A stretch of DNA of 64,000 bases, from NCBI GenBank assembly GCA_964016885.1, contig OZ024742.1:357492001-357556000 (forward strand). Direction: 5' to 3'. The DNA is from Eledone cirrhosa (Eukaryota). Below, in pieces: positions 1 through 18,000 of this stretch. The notes beneath the pieces are model-generated. The model searched no databases, had not been told where the DNA came from, and saw only the letters and a program-made list of their open reading frames with translations. The position numbers were made by a program, and so were the translations under genes. Numbering within the stretch: the stretch's first letter is position 1; each line of letters begins with the position of its first letter.

Positions 1-3000
1 CTATACATATGTATGTCATCCAGATGTATTATATACATATATATGTCATCTAGATGTATTCTATACATATATATGTCATCCAGATGTATTCTATACATAT
101 GTACGTCATCTAGATGTATTCTATACATATATATATATGTCATCATCCAATATGTATTCTATACATATATATATATTATCTAGATGTATTCTATACATAT
201 ATATGTCATCCAGATGTATTCTATACATATGTATGTCATCTAGATGTACTCGATACATATATATGTCATCTAGATGTATTCTATACATATGTACGTCATC
301 CAGATGTATTATATACATATATATGTCATCCAGATGTATTCTATTCATATGTATGTCATCTCGATGTCTTGTATACATATGTATGTCATCCAGATGTATT
401 CTATACATATGTATGTCATCCAGATGTATTCTATACATATGTACGTCATCCAGATGTATTCTATACATATGTATGTCATCTAGATGTATTCTATACATAT
501 ATATGTCACCTAGATGTATTCTATACATATGTATGTCATCCAGATGTATTCTATACATATGTATGTTATCCCGATGTATTCTATACATATATATGTCATC
601 TAGATGTATTCTATACATATATATGTCAACTAGATGTATTCCATACATATGTATGTCATCTAGATATATTCCATTCATATATATGTCATCTAGATGTATT
701 CTATACATATGTATGTCATCTAGATGTATTCTATACATATATATTTCATCTAGATGTATTCTATACATATATATGTCATCGAGATGTATTCTATACATAT
801 ATATGTCATCTAAATTTATTCTATACATATATATGTCAACTAGATGTATTCTATACATATATAAGTCATCCAGATGTATTCTATACATATATATGTCAAC
901 TAGATGTATTCTATACATATATATGTCATCTAGATGTATTCTATACATATGTATGTCATCCAGATGTATTCTATACATATATATGTCATCCAGATGTCTT
1001 CTATACATACGTATGTCATCCAGATGTATTCTATTCATATGTATGTCATCTAGATGTATTCTATATATATCTATCTCATCCAGATGTATTCTAGACATAT
1101 GTATGTCATCTAGATGTATTCTATACATATGTACGTCATCCAGATGTATTCTATACATATATATGTCATCTAGATGTATTCTATACATATATATGTCATC
1201 TAGATGTATTCTATACATATATATGTCATCTAGATGTATTCTATACATATATATATATATGTCATCTAGATGTATTCTATACATATGTATGTCATCTAGA
1301 TGTATTCTATACATATATCTGTCACCTAGATGTATTATATACATATGTATGTCATCTAGATATATTCTATACATATATATGTCAGCCAGATGTATTCTAT
1401 ACATATGTATGTCATCTAGATTTATTCTATACATATATATGTCATCTAGATGTATTCTATACATATATATGTCATCTAGTTATATTCTATACATATGTAT
1501 GTCATCTAGATGTATTCTATACTTATATATGTCATACAGATGTATTCTATACATATGTATGGCATCTAGATGTATTCTATACATATATATGTCATCCAGA
1601 TGTATTCTAAACATATGTATGTCATCTAGATGTATGTCATCTAGATGTATTCTATACATATATATGTAATCCAGATGTATTCTATACATATGTATGACAT
1701 CTAGATGTATTCTATACATATATATGTCACCTAGATGTATTCTATACATATATATGTCATCTAGGTGTATTCTATACATATATATGTCACCCAGATGTAT
1801 TCTATACATATGTATGTCATCTAGATGTATTCTATACATATACATATCATCCAGATGTATTCTATACATATGTATGTCATCCAGATGTATTCTATACATA
1901 TATATGTCATCTAGGTGTATTCTATACATATGTATGTCATCCAGATGTATTCTATACATATGTATGTCATCTAGATGTATTCTATACACATGTACGTCAT
2001 CTAGATGCATTCTATACATATGTAGGTCATCCAGATGTATTCTATTCACATGTATGTCATCTAGATGTATTCTATACATATATATGTCATCCAGATGTAT
2101 TCTATACATATATATGTTATCTAGATGTATTCTATACATATATATGTCATCCAGATGTATTCTATACATATATATGTCATCTAGATGTATTCTATACATA
2201 TGTCAACTAGATGTATTCTATACATATGTATGTCATCTAGATGTATTCTATACATATATATGTCATCTAGATGTATTCTATACATATGTATGTCATCTTG
2301 ATGTATTCTATACATATGTATGTCATCTAGATGTATTCTATACATATGTACGTCATCTAGATGTATTCTATACATATGTATGTCATCTAGATGTATTCTA
2401 TACATATATATGTCATCCAGATGTATTCTATACATATATATGTCATCCAGATGTATTCTATACATATGTATGTTACCTAAATTTATTCTATACATATATA
2501 TGTCATCTAGATGTATTCTATACATATATATGTCATCTAGATGTATTCTATACATATATATGTCATCCAGATGTATTCTATACATATGTATGTTACCTAA
2601 ATTTATTCTATACATATATATGTCATCTAGATGTATTCTATACATATATATGTCATCTAGATGTATTCTATACATATATATGTCATCCAGATGTATTCTA
2701 TACATATGTTTGTCATCCAGATGTGTTCTATACATATGTACGTCATCTAGATGTATTCCATACATATATATGTCATCTAGATGTATTCTATACATATGTA
2801 TGTTACCTAAATGTATTCTATACATATATATGTCATCTAGATGTATTCTATACATATATATTTTCATCTAGATGTATTCTATACATATTTACGTCATCTA
2901 GATGTATTCTATACATATGTATGTCATCTAGATGTATTCTATATATATGTATGTCATCTAGATGTATTCTATACACATGTACGTCATCCAGATGTCTTCT

Positions 3001-6000
3001 ATACTTATATATGTCATGTAGATCTATTCTATACATATGTATGTCATCTAGATGTATTCTATACATATGTATGTCATCTAGATGCATTCTATACATATGT
3101 ATGTCATCTAGATGTATTCTATACACATGTACGACATCTAGATGTATTCTATACATATGTAGGTCATCCAGATGTATTCTATTCACATGTATGTCATCTA
3201 GATGTATTCTATACATATATATGTCATCTAGATGTATTCTATACATATATATGTCAACTAGATGTATTCTATACATATATATGTCATCCAGATGTATTCT
3301 ATACATATGTATGTTACCTAAATTTATTCTATACATATATATGTCATCTAGATGTATTCTATACATATATATGTCATCTAGATGTATTCTATACATATAT
3401 ATGTCATCCAGATGTATTCTATACATATGTACGTCATCTAGATGTATTCTATACATATATATATATGTCATCATCCAATATGTATTCTATACATATATAT
3501 ATATTATCTAGATGTATTCTATACACATATATGTCATCCAGATGTATTCTATACATATGTATGTCATCTAGATGTACTCGATACATATATATGTCATCTA
3601 GATGTATTCTATACATATGTACGTCATCCAGATGTATTATATACATATATATGTCATCCAGATGTATTCTATTCATATGTATGTCATCTCGATGTCTTGT
3701 ATACATATGTATGTCATCCAGATGTATTCTATACATATGTATGTCATCCAGATGTATTCTATACATATGTACGTCATCCAGATGTATTCTATACATATGT
3801 ATGTCATCTAGATGTATTCTATACATATATATGTCACCTAGATGTATTCTATACATATGTATGTCATCCAGATGTATTCTATACATATGTATGTTATCCC
3901 GATGTATTCTATACATATATATGTCATCTAGATGTATTCTATACATATATATGTCAACTAGATGTATTCCATACATATGTATGTCATCTAGATATATTCC
4001 ATTCATATATATGTCATCTAGATGTATTCTATACATATGTATGTCATCTAGATGTATTCTATACATATATATTTCATCTAGATGTATTCTATACATATAT
4101 ATGTCATCGAGATGTATTCTATACATATATATGTCATCTAAATTTATTCTATACATATATATGTCAACTAGATGTATTCTATACATATATAAGTCATCCA
4201 GATGTATTCTATACATATATATGTCAACTAGATGTATTCTATACATATATATGTCATCTAGATGTATTCTATACATATGTATGTCATCCAGATGTATTCT
4301 ATACATATATATGTCATCCAGATGTCTTCTATACATACGTATGTCATCCAGATGTATTCTATTCACATGTATGTCATCTAGATGTATTCTATATATATCT
4401 ATCTCATCCAGATGTATTCTAGACATATGTATGTCATCTAGATGTATTCTATACATATGTACGTCATCCAGATGTATTCTATACATATATATGTCATCTA
4501 GATGTATTCTATACATATATATGTCATCTAGATGTATTCTATACATATATATGTCATCTAGATGTATTCTATACATATATATATATATGTCATCTAGATG
4601 TATTCTATACATATGTATGTCATCTAGATGTATTCTATACATATATCTGTCACCTAGATGTATTCTATACATATGTATGTCATCTAGATATATTCTATAC
4701 ATATATATGTCAGCCAGATGTATTCTATACATATGTATGTCATCTAGATTTATTCTATACATATATATGTCATCTAGATGTATTCTATTCATATATATGT
4801 CATCTAGATGTATTCTATACAAATATATGTCATCCAGATGTCTTCTATACATATATATGTCATCTAGATGTATTCTATACATATGTATGTCATCTAGATG
4901 TATTCTAAACATATATATGTCATCTAGATGTATTCTATACAAATATATGTCATCCATATGTCTTCTATACATATATATGTCATCCAGATGTATTCTATAC
5001 ATATGTATGTCACCGAGATGTATTCTATACATATGTATGTCATCCAGATGTATTCTATACATATATATGTCATCTAGATGTATTCTTTACATATATATGT
5101 CATCTAGATATATTCTATACATATGTATGTAATCCAGATATATTCTATACATATGTACGTCATCTATATGTATTCTATACATATGTATGTCATCTAGATG
5201 TATTCTATATATATGTATGTCATCTAGATGTCTTGTATACATATGTATGTCATCCAGATGTATTATATACATATGTATGTCATCCAGATGTATTCTATAC
5301 ATATGTATGTCAACTAGATGTATTCTATACATATATATGTCATCCAGATGTATTCTATACATATGTATGTCATCTAGATGTATTCTATACATATATATGT
5401 CATCTAGATGTATTCTATACATATGTATGTCATCTAGATATATTCTATACATATATATGTCATCCAGATGTATTCTATACATATGTATGTCATCTAGATA
5501 TATTCTATACATATATATGTCATCCCGATGTATTCTATACATATGTATGTCATCTAGATATATTCTATACATTTATATGTCATCCAGATGTATTCTAAAC
5601 ACATGTATGTCATCTAGATATATTCTATACATATATATGTCATCCCGATGTATTCTATACATATATATGTCATCTAGATATATTCTATACATATATATGT
5701 CATCCCGATGTATTCTATACATATATATGTCACCTAGATGTATTATATACATATGTATGACATACAGATGTATTCTATACATATGTATGTCAACTAGATG
5801 TATTCTATACATATATATGTCATCTAGATGTATTCTATACATATATATGTCACCTAGATGTATTATATACATATGTATGTCATACAGATGTATTCTATAC
5901 ATATGTATGTCATCTAGATGTATTTATACATATGTACGTCATCTAGATATATTCTATACATATATATGTCATCCAGATATATTCTATACATATATATGTC

Positions 6001-9000
6001 ATCTAGATGTATTCTATACATGTGTATGTGATGCAGATGTATTCTATACATATGTATGTCATCTAGATGTATTCTATACATATGCACTTCATCTCGATGT
6101 ATTCTATACATATATATGTCATCTAGATGTATTCTATACATATGTAAGTCATCTAGATGTATTCCATACATATATATGTCATCTAGATGTATTCTATACA
6201 TATGTATGTCATCTAGATGTATTCTATACATATGTATGTCATCTAGATGTATTCTATACATATGTATGTCATCTAGATGTATTCTATACATATATATGTC
6301 ATCTAGATATATTCTATGCATATATATGTCATCCAGATGTATTCTATACATATATATGTCATCTAGATGTATTCCATACATATATATATTTCATCCAGAT
6401 GTATTCTATGCATATATATGTCATCCAGATGTATTCTATACATATATACGACATCTAGATGTATTCTATACATAAGTAATTCATCTAGATGCATTCTATT
6501 CACATGTATGTCATCTAGATGTATTCTATACATATATATGTCATCTAGATGTATTCTATACATATGTATGTCATCTAGGTGTATTCTATACTTATATATG
6601 TCGTGCAGCTGTATTCTATTCATATATATGTCATCTAGATGTATTCTATACAAATATATGTCATCCAGATGTCTTCTATACATATATATGTCATCTAGAT
6701 GTATTCTATACATATGTATGTCATCTAGATGTATTCTATACATATATATGTCATCTAGATGTATTCTATACAAATATATGTCATCCAGATGTCTTCTATA
6801 CATATATATATCATCTAGATGTATTCTATTCACATGTGTGTCATCCAGATGTATTCTATTCACATATATGTCATCTAGAAGTATTCTATACATATATATG
6901 TCATCTAGATGTATTCTATACATATGTATGTCACCGAGATGTATTCTATACATATGTGCGTCATCTAGATGTATTCTATACATATATATGTCATCCAGAT
7001 GTATTCTATACATATATATGTCATCCAGATGACTTCTATATATATATATGTCACCTAGATGTATTCTATACATATGTACGTCATCCAGATGTATTCTATA
7101 CATATGTATGTCATCTAGATGTATTCTTTACATATATATGTCATCTAGATGTATTCTATACATATGTATGCAATCCAGATGTATTCTATACCTATGTACG
7201 TCATCTAGATGTATTCTATACATATGTATGTCATATAGATGTATTCTATACATATGTATGTCATCTCGATGTCTTGTATACATATGTATGTCATCCAGAT
7301 GTATTCTATACATATGTATGTCATCCAGATGTATTCTATACATATGTACGTCATCCAGATGTATTCTATACATATGTATGTCATCTAGATGTATTCTATA
7401 CATATATATGTCACCTAGATGTATTTTATACATATGTATGTCATCCAGATGTATTCTATACATATGTATGTTATCCCGATGTATTCTATACATATATATG
7501 TCATCTAGATGTATTCTATACATATATATGTCAACTAGATGTATTTCATACATATGTATGTCATCTAGATATATTCCATTCATATATATGTCATCCATAT
7601 GTATTCTATACACATGTATGTCATCTAGATGTATTCTATTCACATGTATGTCATCCAGATGTATTATCTTCACATGTATGTCATCCAGATGTATTCTCTT
7701 CACATGTATGTCATCCAGATGTATTCTATACATATGTATGTCATCCAGATGTATTCTATACATATGTATATCATCTAGATGTATTCTATACATATATATG
7801 ACATCTAGATATATTCTTTACATATATATGTCAACTACATGTATTCTATATATATGTATGTCATGTAGATGCATTCTATACATATGTATGTCATCTAGAT
7901 GTATTCTATACATGTGTACGTCATCCAGATGTATTCTATACACATGTATGTCATCCAGATGTATTCTATAAATAAGTACGTCATCCAGATGTATTCTATT
8001 CACATATATGTCATCTAGATGTATTCTATTCCCATATATGTATTCCAGATGTATTCTATTCATATATATGTCATCTAGATGTATTCTATACATATGTCAA
8101 CTAGATGTATTCTATACATATGTATGTCATCTAGATGTATTCTATACATATGTACGTCATCTAGATGTATTCTATACATATGTACGTCATCTAGATGTAT
8201 TCTATACATATATAATTGTAATCTAGATGTATTCTATACATATGTATGTCGTCTAGATGTATTCTAAACATAAGTAATTCATCTAGATGTATTCTATACA
8301 CGTGTATGTCATCTAGATGTATTCTATACATATATATGTCATCCAGATGTCTTCTATACATATATATGTCACCTAGATGTATTCTATACATATGTATGTC
8401 ATCTAGATGTATTCTATATATATATATGTCATCTAGATGTATTCTATACATATATATGTCACCTAGATGTATTCTATACATATATATGTCATCGAGGATA
8501 TATTCTATACATATATATGTCATCTAGATGTCTTCTATACAAATATATGTCATCTAGATGTATTCTATACATATATATGTCATCTAGATGTATTCTCTAT
8601 ATATATATGTCATCTAGATGTATTCTATACATATATATGTCATCTAGATATATTCTATACATATATACGTCATCTAGATGTATTCTATACATATGTCATC
8701 CAGATGTATTCTATATATATATATTTCATCTATATGTATTCTATACACATGTATGTCATCTAGATGTATTCTATTCACATGTATGTCATCCAGATGTATT
8801 ATCTTCACATGTATGTCATCCAGATGTATTCTCTTCACATGTATGTCATCCAGATGTATTCTATACATATGTATGTCATCCAGATGTATTCTATACATAT
8901 GTATATCATCTAGATCTATTCTATATATATGTACGTCATCCAGATGTATTCTATACATATATATGTAATCTAAATGTATTCTATACATATGTACGTCATC

Positions 9001-12000
9001 CAGATGTATTCTATACTTATATATGTCATCTTGATGTATTCTATACATATATATGTCATCTAGATGTATTCTATACAAATATATGTCATCCAGATGTCTT
9101 CTATGCATATATATGTCATCTAGATGTATTCTATACATATGTATGTCATCTAGTTTTTTTCTATACATATGTACGTAATTCAGATGTATTCTATACATAT
9201 ATATGTCATCCAGATGTATTCTATATGTTATATATATGTCATCTAGATGTATTCCACACATATATATTTATTCTAGATGTATTCTATACCTATCTATGTC
9301 ATCTAGATGTATTCTATACATATATATGTCATCTATATGTATTCTATACATATATATATATATGTTATCTAGATGTATTCTATACATATGTATGTCATCC
9401 AGATGTATTCTATACATATATATGTCATCTAAATGTATTCTATACATATGTATGTCATCTAGATGTATTCTATACATATATATGTCATCCAGATGTATTC
9501 TATACATATATATGTCATCTAGATGTATTCTATACATATGTATGTCATCTCGGTGTATTCTATACATATGTATGTCATCTAGATGTATTGTATACATATG
9601 TATGTCATCTAGATCTATTCTATACATATATATGTCATCCAGATGTATTCTATACATATATATATCATCTAGATGTATTCTATACATATGTACGTGATCC
9701 AGATGTATTCTATACATATATATGTCATCTAGATGTATTCTATACATATATATGTCATCTAGATGTATTCTATACATATGTACGTGATTCAGATGTATTC
9801 TAAACACATGTATGTCATCTAGATGTATTCTATACATATATATGTCATCTAGATGTATTCTATACATATATATGTCATCAAGATGTATTCTATACATATG
9901 TATGTCATCTAGATGTATTCTATACTTATATATGTCGTGCAGCTGTATTCTATTCATATATATGTCATCTAGATGTATTCTATACAAATATATGTCATCC
10001 AGATGTCTTCTATACATATATATGTCATCTAGATGTATTGTATACACATGTATGTCATCTAGATGTATTCTATACATATATATGTCATCTAGATGTATTC
10101 TATACAAATATATGTCATCCAGATGTCTTCTATACATATATATATCATCTAGATGTATTCTATTCACATGTGTGTCATCCAGATGTATTCTATTCACATA
10201 TATGTCATCTAGAAGTATTCTATACATATATATGTCATCTAGATATATTCTATACATATGTATGTCACCGAGATGTATTCTATACATATGTGCGTCATCT
10301 AGATGTATTCTATACATATATATGTCATCCAGATGTATTCTATACATATATATGTCATCCATATGACTTCTATATATATATATGTCACCTAGATGTATTC
10401 TATACATATGTACGTCATCCAGATGTATTCTATACATATATATGTCATCTAGATGTATTCTTTACATATATATGTCATCTAGATGTATTCTATACATATG
10501 TATGTCATCCAGATGTATTCTATACCTATGTACGTCATCTAGATGTATTCTATACATATGTATGTCATATAGATGTATTCTATACATATGTATGTCATCT
10601 CGATGTCTTGTATACATATGTATGTCATCCAGATGTATTCTATACATATGTATGTCATCCAGATGTATTCTATACATATGTACGTCATCCAGATGTATTC
10701 TATACTTATATATGTCATCTATATGTATTCTATACATATATATGTCAACTAGATGTATTCCATACATATGTATGTCATCTAGATATATTCTATTCATATA
10801 TATGTCATCTAGATGTATTCTATACATATGTATGTCATCTAGATGTATTCTATACATATATATTTCATCTAGATGTATTCTATACATATGTACTTTATCT
10901 AGATGTATTCTATACATATGTATGTCATCTAGATGTATTCTATACATATGTACGTCATCTACATGTATTCTATACATATGTATGTCATCTAGATGTATTC
11001 TATACATATGTATGTCATCTAGATGTATTCTATACATATGTACGTCATCTAGACGTATTCTATACATATACATGACATCTAGATGTATTCTATACAAATA
11101 TATGTCTTCTAGATGTATTCTATACATATATATGTCATCTAGATGTATTCTATACATATATATGTCATCTAGATGTATTCTATACATATATATGTTATCT
11201 CGATGTATTCTATACATATATATGTCATCTAGATGTATTCTATACATATGTATGTCATCTAGATGTATTCTATTGACATGTATGTCATCTAGATGTATTC
11301 TATACATATGTATGTCATCTCGATGTATTCTATACATATGTACCTCATCTAGATGTATTCTATACATATACAATTGTAATCTAGATGTATTCTATACATA
11401 TGTACGTCATCCAGATGTACTCTATACATATATATGTCATCTAGATGTATTCTATACATATATATGTCATCTAGATGTATTCTTTACATATATATGTCAA
11501 CTACATGTATTCTATATATATGTATGTCATGTAGATGTATTCTATACATGTGTACCTCATCCAGATGTATTCTATACACATGTATGTCATCCAGATGTAT
11601 TCTATAAATAAGTACGTCATCCAGATGTATTCTATTCACATATATGTCATCTAGATGTATTCTATTCCCATATATGTATTCCAGATGTATTCTATTCATA
11701 TATATGTCATCTAGATGTATTCTATACATATGTCAACGAGATGTATTCTATACATATGTATGTCATCTAGATGTATTCTATACATATGTACGTCATCTAG
11801 ATGTATTCTATACATATGTACGTCATCTAGATGTATTCTATACATATATAATTGTAATCTAGATGTATTCTATACATATGTATGTCGTCTAGATGTATTC
11901 TAAACATAAGTAATTCATCTAGATGTATTCTATACACGTGTATGTCATCTAGATGTATTCTATACATATATATGTCATCCAGATGTCTTCTATACATATA

Positions 12001-15000
12001 TATGTCACCTAGATGTATTCAATACATATGTATGTCATCTAGATGTATTCTATATATATATATGTCATCTAGATGTATTCTATACATATATATGTCACCT
12101 AGATGTATTCTATACATATATATGTCATCTAGATATGTTCTATACATATATATGTCATCTAGATGTCTTCTATACAAATATATGTCATCTAGATGTATTC
12201 TATACATATATATGTCATCTAGATGTATTCTCTATATATATATGTCATCTAGATGTATTCTATACATATATATGTCATCTAGATATATTCTATACATATA
12301 TACGTCATCTAGATGTATTCTATACATATGTCATCCAGATGTATTCTATATATATATATTTCATCCATATGTATTCTATACACATGTATGTCATCTAGAT
12401 GTATTCTATTCACATGTATGTCATCCAGATGTATTATCTTCACATGTATGTCATCCAGATGTATTCTCTTCACATGTATGTCATCCAGATGTATTCTATA
12501 CATATGTATGTCATCCAGATGTATTCTATACATATGTATATCATCTAGATGTATTCTATACATATGTACGTCATCCAGATGTATTCTATACATATATATG
12601 TAATCTAAATGTATTCTATACATATATATGTCATCCAGATGTATTCTATATATTATATATATGTCATCTAGATGTATTCCACACATATATATTTATTCTA
12701 GATGTATTCTATACATATCTATGTCATCTAGATGTATTCTATACATATATATGTCATCTATATGTATTCTATACATATATATGTCATCTAGATGTATTCT
12801 ATACAAATATATGTCATCCAGATGTCTTCTATGCATATATATGTCATCTAGATGTATTCTATACATATGTATGTCATCTAGTTTTTTTCTATACATATGT
12901 ACGTAATTCAGATGTATTCTATACATATATATGTCATCCAGATGTATTCTATATATTATATATATGTCATCTAGATGTATTCCACACATATATATTTATT
13001 CTAGATGTATTCTATACATATCTATGTCATCTAGATGTATTCTATACATATATATGTCATCTATATGTATTCTATACATATATATATATATGTTATCTAG
13101 ATGTATTCTATACATATGTATGTCATCCAGATGTATTCTATACATATATATGTCATCTAGATGTATTCTATACATATGTATGTCATCTAGATGTATTCTA
13201 TACATATATATGTCGTCCAGATGTATTCTATACATATATATGTCATCTAGATGTATTCTATACATATGTATGTCATCTCGGTGTATTCTATACATATGTA
13301 TGTCATCTAGATGTATTGTATACATATGTATGTCATCTAGATATATTCTATACATATATATGTCATCCAGATGTATTCTATACATATATATATCATCTAG
13401 ATGTATTCTATACATATGTACGTGATCCAGATGTATTCTATACATATATATGTCATCTAGATGTATTCTATAGATATATATGTCATCTAGATGTATTCTA
13501 TACATATATATGTCATCTAGATGTATTCTATACATATATATGTCATCTAGATGTATTCTATACATATGTACGTGATCCAGATGTATTCTGAACACATGTA
13601 TGTCATCTAGATGTATTCTATACATATATATGTCATCTAGATGTATTCTATACATATATATGTCATCAAGATGTATTCTATACATATGTATGTCATCTAG
13701 ATGTATTCTATACTTATATATGTCGTGCAGCTGTATTCTATTCATATATATGTCATCTAGATGTATTCTATACAAATATATGTCATCCAGATGTCTTCTA
13801 TACATATATATGTCATCTAGATGTATTGTATACACATGTATGTCATCTAGATGTATTCTATACATATATATGTCATCTAGATGTATTCTATACAAATATA
13901 TGTCATCCAGATGTCTTCTATACATATATATATCATCTAGATGTATTCTATTCACATGTGTGTCATCCAGATGTATTCTATTCACATATATGTCATCTAG
14001 AAGTATTCTATACATATATATGTCATCTAGATGTATTCTATACATATGTATGTCACCGAGATGTATTCTATACATATGTGCGTCATCTAGATGTATTCTA
14101 TACATATATATGTCATCCAGATGTATTCTATACATATATATGTCATCCATATGACTTCTATATATATATATGTCACCTAGATGTATTCTATACATATGTA
14201 CGTCATCCAGATGTATTCTATACATATATATGTCATCTAGATGTATTCTTTACATATATATGTCATCTAGATGTATTCTATACATATGTATGTCATCCAG
14301 ATGTATTCTATACCTATGTACGTCATCTAGATGTATTCTATACATATGTATGTCATATAGATGTATTCTATACATATGTATGTCATCTCGATGTCTTGTA
14401 TACATATGTATGTCATCCAGATGTATTCTATACATATGTATGTCATCCAGATGTATTCTATACATATGTACGTCATCCAGATGTATTCTATACATATATA
14501 TGTCATCTATATGTATTCTATACATATATATGTCAACTAGATGTATTCCATACATATGTATGTCATCTAGATATATTCTATTCATATATATGTCATCTAG
14601 ATGTATTCTATACATATGTATGTCATCTAGATGTATTCTATACATATATATTTCATCTAGATGTATTCTATACATATGTACTTTATCTAGATGTATTCTA
14701 TACATATGTATGTCATCTAGATGTATTCTATACATATGTACGTCATCTACATGTATTCTATACATATGTATGTCATCTAGATGTATTCTATACATATGTA
14801 TGTCATCTAGATGTATTCTATACATATGTACGTCATCTAGATGTATTCTATACATATACATGACATCTAGATGTATTCTATACAAATATATGTCTTCTAG
14901 ATGTATTCTATACATATATATGTCATCTAGATGTATTCTATACATATATATGTCATCTAGATGTATTCTATACATATGTATGTCATCTAGATATATTCTA

Positions 15001-18000
15001 TACATATATATGTCATCCAGATGTATTCTATACATATGTATGTCATCTAGATATATTCTATACATATATATGTCATCCCGATGTATTCTATACATATGTA
15101 TGTCATCTAGATATATTCTATACATTTATATGTCATCCAGATGTATTCTAAACACATGTATGTCATCTAGATATATTCTATACATATATATGTCATCCCG
15201 ATGTATTCTATACATATATATGTCATCTAGATATATTCTATACATATATATGTCATCCCGATGTATTCTATACATATATATGTCACCTAGATGTATTATA
15301 TACATATGTATGACATACAGATGTATTCTATACATATGTATGTCAACTAGATGTATTCTATACATATATATGTCATCTAGATGTATTCTATACATATATA
15401 TGTCACCTAGATGTATTATATACATATGTATGTCATACAGATGTATTCTATACATATGTATGTCATCTAGATGTATTTATACATATGTACGTCATCTAGA
15501 TATATTCTATACATATATATGTCATCCAGATATATTCTATACATATATATGTCATCTAGATGTATTCTAGACATGTGTATGTGATGCAGATGTATTCTAT
15601 ACATATGTATGTCATCTAGATGTATTCTATACATATGCACTTCATCTCGATGTATTCTATACATATATATGTCATCTAGATGTATTCTATACATATGTAA
15701 GTCATCTAGATGTATTCCATACATATATATGTCATCTAGATGTATTCTATACATATGTATGTCATCTAGATGTATTCTATACATATGTATGTCATCTAGA
15801 TGTATTCTATACATATGTATGTCATCTAGATGTATTCTATACATATATATGTCATCTAGATATATTCTATGCATATATATGTCATCCAGATGTATTCTAT
15901 ACATATATATGTCATCTAGATGTATTCCATACATATATATATTTCATCCAGATGTATTCTATGCATATATATGTCATCCAGATGTATTCTATACATATAT
16001 ACGACATCTAGATGTATTCTATACATAAGTAATTCATCTAGATGCATTCTATTCACATGTATGTCATCTAGATGTATTCTATACATATATATGTCATCTA
16101 GATGTATTCTATACATATGTATGTCATCTAGGTGTATTCTATACTTATATATGTCGTGCAGCTGTATTCTATTCATATATATGTCATCTAGATGTATTCT
16201 ATACAAATATATGTCATCCAGATGTCTTCTATACATATATATGTCATCTAGATGTATTCTATACATATGTATGTCATCTAGATGTATTCTATACATATAT
16301 ATGTCATCTAGATGTATTCTATACAAATATATGTCATCCAGATGTCTTCTATACATATATATATCATCTAGATGTATTCTATTCACATGTGTGTCATCCA
16401 GATGTATTCTATTCACATATATGTCATCTAGAAGTATTCTATACATATATATGTCATCTAGATGTATTCTATACATATGTATGTCACCGAGATGTATTCT
16501 ATACATATGTGCGTCATCTAGATGTATTCTATACATATATATGTCATCCAGATGTATTCTATACATATATATGTCATCCAGATGACTTCTATATATATAT
16601 ATGTCACCTAGATGTATTCTATACATATGTACGTCATCCAGATGTATTCTATACATATGTATGTCATCTAGATGTATTCTTTACATATATATGTCATCTA
16701 GATGTATTCTATACATATGTATGCAATCCAGATGTATTCTATACCTATGTACGTCATCTAGATGTATTCTATACATATGTATGTCATATAGATGTATTCT
16801 ATACATATGTATGTCATCTCGATGTCTTGTATACATATGTATGTCATCCAGATGTATTCTATACATATGTATGTCATCCAGATGTATTCTATACATATGT
16901 ACGTCATCCAGATGTATTCTATACATATGTATGTCATCTAGATGTATTCTATACATATATATGTCACCTAGATGTATTTTATACATATGTATGTCATCCA
17001 GATGTATTCTATACATATGTATGTTATCCCGATGTATTCTATACATATATATGTCATCTAGATGTATTCTATACATATATATGTCAACTAGATGTATTTC
17101 ATACATATGTATGTCATCTAGATATATTCCATTCATATATATGTCATCCATATGTATTCTATACACATGTATGTCATCTAGATGTATTCTATTCACATGT
17201 ATGTCATCCAGATGTATTATCTTCACATGTATGTCATCCAGATGTATTCTCTTCACATGTATGTCATCCAGATGTATTCTATACATATGTATGTCATCCA
17301 GATGTATTCTATACATATGTATATCATCTAGATGTATTCTATACATATATATGACATCTAGATATATTCTTTACATATATATGTCAACTACATGTATTCT
17401 ATATATATGTATGTCATGTAGATGCATTCTATACATATGTATGTCATCTAGATGTATTCTATACATGTGTACGTCATCCAGATGTATTCTATACACATGT
17501 ATGTCATCCAGATGTATTCTATAAATAAGTACGTCATCCAGATGTATTCTATTCACATATATGTCATCTAGATGTATTCTATTCCCATATATGTATTCCA
17601 GATGTATTCTATTCATATATATGTCATCTAGATGTATTCTATACATATGTCAACTAGATGTATTCTATACATATGTATGTCATCTAGATGTATTCTATAC
17701 ATATGTACGTCATCTAGATGTATTCTATACATATGTACGTCATCTAGATGTATTCTATACATATATAATTGTAATCTAGATGTATTCTATACATATGTAT
17801 GTCGTCTAGATGTATTCTAAACATAAGTAATTCATCTAGATGTATTCTATACACGTGTATGTCATCTAGATGTATTCTATACATATATATGTCATCCAGA
17901 TGTCTTCTATACATATATATGTCACCTAGATGTATTCTATACATATGTATGTCATCTAGATGTATTCTATATATATATATGTCATCTAGATGTATTCTAT

